The notes beneath the pieces were generated by a model. It was not told the DNA's origin. It saw nothing but the letters and a program-made list of their open reading frames with translations, and ran no database searches. The position numbers were made by a program, and so were the translations under genes. Below are positions 25,380-32,842 of a stretch of 64,000 nucleotides of DNA, piece by piece. The stretch comes from a virus. The stretch lies in IMG/VR virus record IMGVR_UViG_3300027917_000039. The stretch is one strand, 5' to 3'. Within the stretch, counting starts at the first letter, position 1. Each line of letters starts with the position of its first letter.

Positions 25380-26069
25380 TTAGCGAGCACGCTTGCTGCG
25401 TGTCTCGGTGGCTTCCTCGTCTACCTTCTCGGCACCCTTCTCAGGGTTGCGGAACTTCTCAACCTCTTGGTTGATCTGCTCCACCGTTACCTTCATCGCG
25501 TCTTCCGCGAAAGGCTCCGAGCACTTGGTGATGACGGGGACATGCCAGCCGTAGTCGGGCATCTTCTTGTATCGGATGCCGAGCGACGCGGGCTCACGGT
25601 TGTAGAGGAACGGACGCAGCTTGGCAGCTTCGTTCCGCCCGCTCTTGTTGCCGAAGAACAACTCGAACAACTTGCCAGTCGTCCGTTCAAGCACGAGGAA
25701 CGACGGTCCCCACATGCAGCCGGTGTTCTTCGGGGCGGTCTTGATCCGCTGGAACTCTGGATCGTTAGTATCATAACTCGCGATGATCGCGTCCTTGTCG
25801 GACACGTCCAGAGCCTTTGGGCGGTAGTCCAGAACGATCACGTCGATCTTGTCGCCAAGGTCTTCAATGTCATCGCCGCCGGGCTGAGGCACGCCCCATC
25901 GACCAGGGCTGATCTTGCCCTCATCGACGTACTTGCCTTTGGTGATAAGTTGGATACGAGGCAGGAAGTCCGTACCCTTTGCGACTTCGTCGAGGGTCTC
26001 GACAACGTCTTCGCGGACGGCGGGAAGCATGTTCAGTTTGTTGGCGAAAGGAACCAGTTCGTTCGACAT
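25380..26069 (-). CDS. hypothetical protein (second gene of the first early operon)
   Basis: 229-aa ORF immediately downstream of the ParB-like gene. Confidence 0.45.
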   Translation of the reverse strand: MSNELVPFANKLNMLPAVREDVVETLDEVAKGTDFLPRIQLITKGKYVDEGKISPGRWGVPQPGGDDIEDLGDKIDVIVLDYRPKALDVSDKDAIIASYDTNDPEFQRIKTAPKNTGCMWGPSFLVLERTTGKLFELFFGNKSGRNEAAKLRPFLYNREPASLGIRYKKMPDYGWHVPVITKCSEPFAEDAMKVTVEQINQEVEKFRNPEKGAEKVDEEATETRSKRAR

Positions 26070-26071
26070 AG

Positions 26072-27004
26072 TTAGTCTCCAGTTTTGGAATGGTCAAATA
26101 CAAATTTCTTAATCAGGTCACGATTGAGTTTCATCCACTCGTCTCTTGTTGCTCTTACTTCACTGTCTTTCTCTTTCTCCTGTCTTCCGGCACGTTTCGC
26201 TTCAAGGGTAATGGGATCGAGACGCAACAACCACTGCAAGCACGCCACCCAGCCGTCTCGTGGCGTCTTTGCTCCGAGAGCTTCACACACACCCTTCCAC
26301 TTCGTAGGCTTTAGAGCCTCACGCTTCAGGACATTGATCGCTCTCGGTTTGGGGTTGGTATCGACCCCGAACTTTCGGTCTTCCTGTTGCAGCCGCATCA
26401 GGTACGCTTTGTAATCCCGATTGGCTAACTTAGCTCGTTCGATGAACTCGCTGGCGCCCATACCGATGGCGTCGTCAACGAACTTCTCCTGCAAGTCGGC
26501 GGGCAAGTTTGCTAACGCAAGTGCCGCCTTCATACTTATCTCGCCTCGCTCGAAAGCCGGGATGGCACTCTCGCAAAGGCGGTTCAACTGCAACTGGTCT
26601 TTGACCCACTGCGGGGTCTTGTCAATCAACACGCACAACTCTAAAAGAGATCGCCCACTCTCCATGAGCATCTTCAATCGTCGTGCGTATTCAAATGTGT
26701 GAGTCTTCGGTCGGATCGCATTGCACTTCAACTGGAAGATCAAGACTTCATCGTCTGTCATCTCCCTGATGAGACAAGGAATAGCCACCAACCCGGCTTC
26801 CTTCGCCGCCTCAAACCGATGCCAACCTTCAACGATCTCGTATCGCCCATCCTTGGGACGAACCAAGATGGGTTGCAACAACCCGTCCTTGGCGATCGAC
26901 TCGACCAACTCGGTGTACTCTGGCGATCTGCGCCGCACTGGTCTGAGACTAATGCGTGGGCGGTCGATCTCGGAAAGTGGTAGGAATCGTTGTTCGTGCG
27001 TCAT
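26072..27004 (-). CDS. ParB/Srx-like nuclease-domain DNA-binding protein
   Basis: LRPVRRRSPEYTELVESIAKDGLLQPILVRPKDGRYEIVEGWHRFEAAKEAG matches the ParB N-terminal domain. Start at MTHEQ. Adjacent to the iteron region. Confidence 0.6.
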   Translation of the reverse strand: MTHEQRFLPLSEIDRPRISLRPVRRRSPEYTELVESIAKDGLLQPILVRPKDGRYEIVEGWHRFEAAKEAGLVAIPCLIREMTDDEVLIFQLKCNAIRPKTHTFEYARRLKMLMESGRSLLELCVLIDKTPQWVKDQLQLNRLCESAIPAFERGEISMKAALALANLPADLQEKFVDDAIGMGASEFIERAKLANRDYKAYLMRLQQEDRKFGVDTNPKPRAINVLKREALKPTKWKGVCEALGAKTPRDGWVACLQWLLRLDPITLEAKRAGRQEKEKDSEVRATRDEWMKLNRDLIKKFVFDHSKTGD

Positions 27005-27016
27005 TGCTCTACATCT

Positions 27017-27025
27017 ATTGTAGCA
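27017..27025 (-). promoter_or_regulatory. extended -10 promoter TGCTACAAT (leftward) within the inverted repeat AAAGTTGCTACAATAG
   Basis: Minus-strand read AAAGTTGCTACAATAGATGTAGAGCA-ATG (ParB-like start). Leader only about 6 nt. Confidence 0.4.
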
Positions 27026-27075
27026 ACTTTGATCCGTATTTTCCGCGCGTTCTCGGTTTTCTCGGCACTTTCTCG

Positions 27076-27404
27076 GCGGCGGAGTTTTGGCGGAGGCGGA
27101 GTTCGGAAAACACTCCCTATGCAAAACTTGTCATGGTTGCACGATTTTCCTTGGGACTTGTTTTTGAACTCCGCCTCTCCGCCTTTCGATGACGGCTTTC
27201 TCTAAGTCCTTTGAAGCTAGTGGGTTATGAGTTACCTACCACCCCGGAGAGGGGGCGGAGTTTTTAGGCGATTTCGACGAAACTCCGTCCCCTCTATCGG
27301 GTGGTGTGGTGATTTGGCAACACCCTGTAGAGGGGTTTCCACCCGTTAGAGGGGGCGGAGTTTTCGTCGCCGACGGCGAAACTCCGCCAATTCTCCGCCC
27401 CCGC
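27076..27404. repeat. iteron array: GGCGGAGTT(T) direct and inverted copies, two near-palindromes
   Basis: Direct copies at 27078, 27095, 27254 and 27354. Inverted copies AACTCCGCC at 27167 and 27380, with a variant at 27281. A 17-nt unit AGAGGGGGCGGAGTTTT occurs twice. Palindrome GGCGGAGTTTTCGTCGCCGACGGCGAAACTCCGCC at 27354-27388. Confidence 0.6.
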
Positions 27405-27470
27405 TGCCGGGTGGTTTGATGAGCAATCACGGCACCCATCTGGGAATGCGCGGAAAATTCCCAGCAAAGT

Positions 27471-27479
27471 TGCTACAAT
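27471..27479 (+). promoter_or_regulatory. extended -10 promoter TGCTACAAT (rightward) within the mirrored copy of the inverted repeat
   Basis: AAAGTTGCTACAATAGGGGTAGACG...GGAGGAAGAC-ATG (primase start). Confidence 0.4.
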
Positions 27480-27513
27480 AGGGGTAGACGATTTTGAGAT
27501 TTCGGAGGAAGAC

Positions 27514-30264
27514 ATGCAACGCAACCCTTCTGTTACGTCTGCGTTCCAGACGTACTTTGAGAACGTCCTCAAACAGAACCACAACAATCCGGCGCTTATA
27601 TCCAGGTGGGGCGCCGAACCCGCCCGCTTCGAGACACAGATCATGTGCAAGAAGATGGGCACGCCGATCCCAGATTCACAGAAGTGGACCTGCGATGGCG
27701 AGACGTTCGGACCACAACGCTGGCCATACGACTCTGACACTGAGCCCAACTACAGCGACCCACCCATCCAGTACAACATCGGTGAGAGACTCCTGGCGAT
27801 CGGAACAAGCTGGTGGGATTGGAAGAACAAGCGATCCATCGGGCTAGGCTTCGACTTCGACTCGCTCATCGACCACGATGAGGGCGTCGGTGTCGATCAG
27901 TCTACCATCGCCAAGTTGGACAGACTGGACTTGCCGTGGGTGGAGGTGATCCGCTCGACGCGGGGCAACGGACGACACATCTATATCTGGTTCGATCCAG
28001 ACAACGCCCCGATCGCAAACAACCATCTTGAGCACGCCGCGATCGCTCGCTCATTCCTCCCGCTGCTGGCGACCCACTCAGGACTTGACATCGACACGAG
28101 CGTCGACTGCAAGGGTCTGATCATGTGGATTCACCATGTGAACGCGACGAAGGAAAACCGTGGCTACGAACTCGTCAAACCAGCAACGCAAATTCTGACT
28201 GCCGATCATGTTCCTCCGAACTGGAAGGATCATCTCGAAGTCGTCTCCGGCAGCAGAACCAAAGTGCGCGTCCAAGGATGGACGCCCAATGGTACAACAT
28301 CGGGTGATGAACTCGATGAAATGACCCAGGCGTACTCTCGTACCGAACTGGACGAAGTTCACCTGAAGATTCTGGAAGAACTGGAAGGTACGGGGCACAC
28401 GTCGGTGTGGGTCCACGACCACCATCTGTGGCAAGGTCATACCGGAGCATTGAAGCAGGTGTATGACGATTTCGCCGAACGCGGCACGCCGCTGCGCGGG
28501 CTGTTCGACACGAACTCATCAGATACTGACCCTGGCAAGCCCAACTGCTTCGCGCGACCCAAGCCCGGAGGTGCTTGGGACGTGTATCGTTTCGGTGAAG
28601 GCACGGCAGAGCACCCTCTGTGGGATCAGCAAGGCAAGTGGACCCACATCGGATTCAACACCCAACCCACACTGAAACAGGTATGCTTGGCGAGCGGAGG
28701 CTATGAAGGACCGGACCAACGAAAAGGATTCCTGTTCGACTCAAAGGATGACTTCCTGGCTGCCTTGGAGTTGTTGGGCTCGAAGGTGAAGCTGCCCAAG
28801 AAGGCAGACGGCAGGGAGTTGTCGCTGAGAATGATCGACGGGAGGATCGTGGCGACGGTCGAGAAGAAACGCGGGGATGAGAAAGAAGACTTCCCGCGAT
28901 GGGTGAAGGGCTCCGGCGTCTGGGAGCGACTCATCGACGACGCTGATGAGACTGCTGATACGGAAATGGAGGAAGAGACTCTCTGGTCCGAACTGGACGG
29001 GAAGTTCCGAGCCCTGCGGGTTGCGGGTGTGTGCGGTGGGCAATTCCACTCGTGGGTCATCTACGACAACACTGAGTCGTGGACCACCCACCCTCGCGAG
29101 AATATCAAATCGTATCTCGCCTCCATTGGCTACAAGCAGGCAGATGGGCTGCTTGGAGGCGCCATCTACAAATGCTGGACCCTCGTGAATGAACCGTTTG
29201 GACCTGAGTACCCTGGAGGACGTATGTGGAATCGTGATGCCCCGCAGTTTGTTTACCCACCCGTCGATTTGAAGGAAGGCGAAGAACCGAAACACCCGAC
29301 ATGGAACAGATTGCTTGAGCACTGCGGTGTCGAACTGAACGAATACATCCCAGAGTTGAAATGGTGCAAAGACTGGGGCATCACCACTGGCGGCGATTAC
29401 CTGCTCGCGTGGATTGCCTGCATGTTTCAGAACCCTTGGTGCAAGCTGCCGTACCTCTTCATGTACGGTCCGCAGAACAGCGGGAAGTCATCGTTCCATG
29501 AGGCTATCGGCTTCTTGCTGACAAAGGGAGTGGAGAAAGCCGACCGGGCGTTGACATCGAAGCAAGGCTACAACGGCGAACTGGAGGGAGCGATCCTGGC
29601 AGTTGTCGATGAAGTTGACATCACGAAGGCAGGGTCGGAAGTCTACAACAAGCTGAAGGAATGGGTGACGGCGGGGACGATCTCGATACACGCCAAGTAC
29701 AAGCAAGTTGTGGACATGCCCTCTACTCTGCACTTCGTACAGATGTCCAACGACCGCCGCAGCTTGCCAGTGTTCCCAGGCGACACGCGGATCACGGCGA
29801 TGAACGTGCCGTTCCTTGAAGCCGAGATTCCCCGTGATGAGTTCCATCGCAGGCTCAAGGAAGAGGCGTCTCACTTCATGCGGTCGGTAGTGGACTACCA
29901 TATGCCGCCGCCGATCGGACGCCTCGCGTTACCGATCATCGAGACGCAGGGCAAGATCGACGCCGCTGACGCGAACACTGACGATCTGGAATTGTTCCTT
30001 GAAGAGAAGTGCTTCCCGGTTCCGGGGGCGTTTATCAAGATCACCGACTTCATGGAGAAGCTGCACGCCTACTTGCCAGAGCATCTTATCTCAGATTACC
30101 CCAGGCGGGTGGTGGAGCCAAGACTGAAGGAACGCTACGTTGTTGGAATGGGATCAGGAAAGAACAACCAAGTATTGATCGGAAACCTATCATTTAACCC
30201 TAACGCGAAGCCCAGCACACCGTACACAAGAGAGGGTGCGAAGGTACGAAAGGAAGAACTATGA
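27514..30264 (+). CDS. bifunctional AEP primase-polymerase / D5-like SF3 helicase
   Basis: AEP motifs GLGFDFDS (DxD) and TRGNGRHIYIWF (sGxGxH). SF3 Walker A YLFMYGPQNSGKSSF and Walker B LAVVDEVD. Confidence 0.8.
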   Translation: MQRNPSVTSAFQTYFENVLKQNHNNPALISRWGAEPARFETQIMCKKMGTPIPDSQKWTCDGETFGPQRWPYDSDTEPNYSDPPIQYNIGERLLAIGTSWWDWKNKRSIGLGFDFDSLIDHDEGVGVDQSTIAKLDRLDLPWVEVIRSTRGNGRHIYIWFDPDNAPIANNHLEHAAIARSFLPLLATHSGLDIDTSVDCKGLIMWIHHVNATKENRGYELVKPATQILTADHVPPNWKDHLEVVSGSRTKVRVQGWTPNGTTSGDELDEMTQAYSRTELDEVHLKILEELEGTGHTSVWVHDHHLWQGHTGALKQVYDDFAERGTPLRGLFDTNSSDTDPGKPNCFARPKPGGAWDVYRFGEGTAEHPLWDQQGKWTHIGFNTQPTLKQVCLASGGYEGPDQRKGFLFDSKDDFLAALELLGSKVKLPKKADGRELSLRMIDGRIVATVEKKRGDEKEDFPRWVKGSGVWERLIDDADETADTEMEEETLWSELDGKFRALRVAGVCGGQFHSWVIYDNTESWTTHPRENIKSYLASIGYKQADGLLGGAIYKCWTLVNEPFGPEYPGGRMWNRDAPQFVYPPVDLKEGEEPKHPTWNRLLEHCGVELNEYIPELKWCKDWGITTGGDYLLAWIACMFQNPWCKLPYLFMYGPQNSGKSSFHEAIGFLLTKGVEKADRALTSKQGYNGELEGAILAVVDEVDITKAGSEVYNKLKEWVTAGTISIHAKYKQVVDMPSTLHFVQMSNDRRSLPVFPGDTRITAMNVPFLEAEIPRDEFHRRLKEEASHFMRSVVDYHMPPPIGRLALPIIETQGKIDAADANTDDLELFLEEKCFPVPGAFIKITDFMEKLHAYLPEHLISDYPRRVVEPRLKERYVVGMGSGKNNQVLIGNLSFNPNAKPSTPYTREGAKVRKEEL

Positions 30265-30899
30265 ACGACATGAAACCAACGAATCCGAAAGACGCGATAG
30301 GCTCGACGAAAGTCCCGTACGATCTCGTCCCTGAGAGTGCGATCGCCGAACTGGCGACGGGCTTCTTGGAAGGGGCATTGAAGTACGGAAGGTACAACTG
30401 GCGTGCGAAAGGCGTGAGGGCGTCGATCTATTACTCGGCGATGCGACGCCACATGGCGAAGTGGTACAACGGAGAGGATGCCGATGAGAAAACGCGGGTC
30501 AAACATCTCGCCTCTGTCATGGCGTGCTGTGCGATCATCCTAGACGCGGATTTGTGTGGAAAGCTGAATGATGATCGCCCACCAAAGGCTCCGGTCAGCA
30601 AGAGGATCGACGAACTGTTTGAGGTGATTGCCCATCTGAAAGGACTGTTCAAGGACGAGCACCCACACCAGTACACGATCGCCGACAGCGAAGAGTTCGG
30701 TCCCGACTGCCCTGGAGGGTGCGGGGCGACCGGGCTCGACAGATGTGACGACTGTGGGTTCACGCCAGAGGTGCCTATTGTCTTCGAGATCAAGGACGCC
30801 GAACGCTCGAAAGAGTTCGATGAGTTGGTCGCCAAGCTAATGAACGACCATCGCGAGGCTCTTGGCATTCACCCGCGAGCAGTCAAGGGGGAAGCATGA
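30261..30899 (+). CDS. dATP/dGTP pyrophosphohydrolase-like (MazG-related N-domain family)
   Basis: KVPYDLVPESAIAELATGFLEGALKYGRYNWRAKG...RRHMAKWYNGEDADEKTRVKHLASVMACCAIIL matches the conserved K.PYDLiP...A.KYG..NW..G...RH...GED.D..HLA pattern. Confidence 0.45.
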   Translation: MNDMKPTNPKDAIGSTKVPYDLVPESAIAELATGFLEGALKYGRYNWRAKGVRASIYYSAMRRHMAKWYNGEDADEKTRVKHLASVMACCAIILDADLCGKLNDDRPPKAPVSKRIDELFEVIAHLKGLFKDEHPHQYTIADSEEFGPDCPGGCGATGLDRCDDCGFTPEVPIVFEIKDAERSKEFDELVAKLMNDHREALGIHPRAVKGEA

Positions 30900-31498
30900 G
30901 CCTGCAATCACTGAACGGGCACCTGCTCTGCGCGGTCGACGTGGAGACAACCGGAGTGCTGGCGGGATACCACGAGATCATTCAGATCGCGGCAGTACCC
31001 CTAGACCAGCACTTCGAGCCCCACAAAGAACATCGACCCTTTTACATGAACGTGTGCCCGGACCACTTCGACCGGATCAGCCAGGAAGCCACAAAGAAGC
31101 ACGGCATCTCAACAGAGTCTCTGCGGGAGTGCCCTTCTCAGGACCAAGCTGTGGAGATGTTCGCCGAGTGGTTCCGCAAACTCGATCTGCCCTTTGGAAA
31201 GCGACTGGTTCCGCTCGCTCACAACTGGGGCTTCGAGCGCGGCTTCCTGACCTACTGGTACGGAGTGGATGGGATGTACAACTTCTGGCAGTCCCACCCA
31301 CGCGACACAATGGCTCTGGCTGGCATGGTCAACGACCTGTATGCTTGGCACGGTCGCAACCCACCGTTCAAGTACCTAAGCCTCACTTCGATGTGCAGTA
31401 TGTTCGACATTGAACTCGACAACGCTCACGATGCTCTGGCTGATTGTCTTGCCACCGCTAAGCTGTACGCCGCCTTCATGCGGTTCATGGGTGGCTGA
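30896..31498 (+). CDS. DEDDh 3'-5' exonuclease (DnaQ-like)
   Basis: Exo I VDVETTG, Exo II HNWGFERGFL, Exo III AHDALADC. Confidence 0.75.
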   Translation: MSLQSLNGHLLCAVDVETTGVLAGYHEIIQIAAVPLDQHFEPHKEHRPFYMNVCPDHFDRISQEATKKHGISTESLRECPSQDQAVEMFAEWFRKLDLPFGKRLVPLAHNWGFERGFLTYWYGVDGMYNFWQSHPRDTMALAGMVNDLYAWHGRNPPFKYLSLTSMCSMFDIELDNAHDALADCLATAKLYAAFMRFMGG

Positions 31499-31505
31499 TG
31501 GAACT

Positions 31506-31566
31506 GGGGAGGGGGTGCTGTTGGTTCCTTCAGCACCCACCCTCCCCATACGTTCCTTCTTTTGTC
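31506..31566 (+). terminator. rho-independent terminator of the rightward operon
   Basis: GGGGAGGGGGTGCTG-(10 nt loop)-CAGCACCCACCCTCCCC followed by ATACGTTCCTTCTTTTGTC. Confidence 0.55.
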
Positions 31567-31667
31567 GCCGCTGCTCGTCCCGTTTCGCCTTGCGGAGTGA
31601 CCCGCGAGGCGGACGCTTTGGGCTGAAGTCCTTGTTGGCTTTCTTCTCGCGGCACTTGCGGCATTTC

Positions 31668-32225
31668 TTAGCCATGAGTGTTGTTCACTTCTATGTTGAT
31701 GCCTGAGTGGTTGATTGCTCGTACCGTTGAGAAGTCAGTCAGGGCGGCACGATTCACATAGATGCCATACTGACGCAGTTGCTTCCTGCATTTGGCGGTC
31801 AGTTCTTCCTCCACCTCGCCGCTGATGTTCTCTAGCAATCCTTGCAAAGTCCACTTGGAAACCACCTCCACGATAGCGGCTTGCGCGATGTCGCCAGCCG
31901 TATCTTCTGGCGACCAGTTCTGCTTCCCGATCGCCTGAACAATGTCATTGATCTTGTAGACCACCACCCCACCCGCAACAACCTCTTTGCCATCTCTGGT
32001 CATCAGGGATTGTGTGCGTGTATTGATCGTTTGACGCGCCACCACGGCAATCTCCATGTCGCTTATGAGTGGCCAGAAGAATCTGATCCCAGGTCTCAGT
32101 TCCTTGGGCTCAAACCACAAGGTCCACACCACTGCGCTTTCGGTCGCCCGAATGATGACGCGACGGGGGATGAACTCCAACAACGCCTCGAAGATTTGAC
32201 CGAGCCAAGCGAAGGCGGTCTCCAT
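31668..32225 (-). CDS. SPFH/band-7 domain protein
   Basis: RVIIRATESAVVWTLWFEPKELRPGIRFFWPLISDMEIAVVARQTINTRTQSLMTRDGKEVVAGGVVVYKINDIVQAI follows the SPFH consensus (rfG...pGlhf.iP...v...TkD...v.vd.vv.yrv.d). Start at METAFAWLG. Confidence 0.5.
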   Translation of the reverse strand: METAFAWLGQIFEALLEFIPRRVIIRATESAVVWTLWFEPKELRPGIRFFWPLISDMEIAVVARQTINTRTQSLMTRDGKEVVAGGVVVYKINDIVQAIGKQNWSPEDTAGDIAQAAIVEVVSKWTLQGLLENISGEVEEELTAKCRKQLRQYGIYVNRAALTDFSTVRAINHSGINIEVNNTHG

Positions 32226-32842
32226 TAGAACTTTTCCTTTGGGCAATGTTCTGTCGCCATCTTCAGCTTGTTGAAGACAGCGATAGCACCAACCGTAACA
32301 CGGCAGCCACACCCCTTGCAGCGTTTCTGCTCAGGGTCATACCACTCACACGGCGGTAGGTGGTTGTCGGGATCACCCGCACAAATCTTGTGCAACCTTT
32401 CTACTTCGTCCTCGGAGCGAGTGGGTCTTCCTGCTTTGCTCCAGCGAATGAGGGCTTCCTTGTAAGTCCACGCCTGAACAGAGAGAGGCGGGTACTTGGG
32501 CGGCAGTGTGTTGGCGGCGATAGGCTCAGCCATCTGAACTTCGGCTGGGTCGATGCCCGCTGCCTTGATCATCTCGTAGAACTCTTCGTCAGTCACGTCG
32601 ACCATTTCTTTCGTCGTGACATGATCTTGAATAGCCGCAGACTGATCTTCATTACGGACTTGCTTCACATAGTCCTTGCAGGGTCGCTGGTGAATCAACT
32701 CTCGAACCGGACATCGCGAACAGATGTCTTCGTCTACCTCTTGAGAGTAAACGCCACTTTGTTTGTTCAAGCAGCGATAGCGGGTGAGGCTCCCGCTGTT
32801 ATCGCGCTTGACAACTTTCTGTCGTTGAGTACATTCATCCAT
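32225..32842 (-). CDS. Cys-rich hypothetical protein
   Basis: 205 aa with about 14 Cys including CKGCGCRV and CSRCPVRE. Confidence 0.45.
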   Translation of the reverse strand: MDECTQRQKVVKRDNSGSLTRYRCLNKQSGVYSQEVDEDICSRCPVRELIHQRPCKDYVKQVRNEDQSAAIQDHVTTKEMVDVTDEEFYEMIKAAGIDPAEVQMAEPIAANTLPPKYPPLSVQAWTYKEALIRWSKAGRPTRSEDEVERLHKICAGDPDNHLPPCEWYDPEQKRCKGCGCRVTVGAIAVFNKLKMATEHCPKEKF

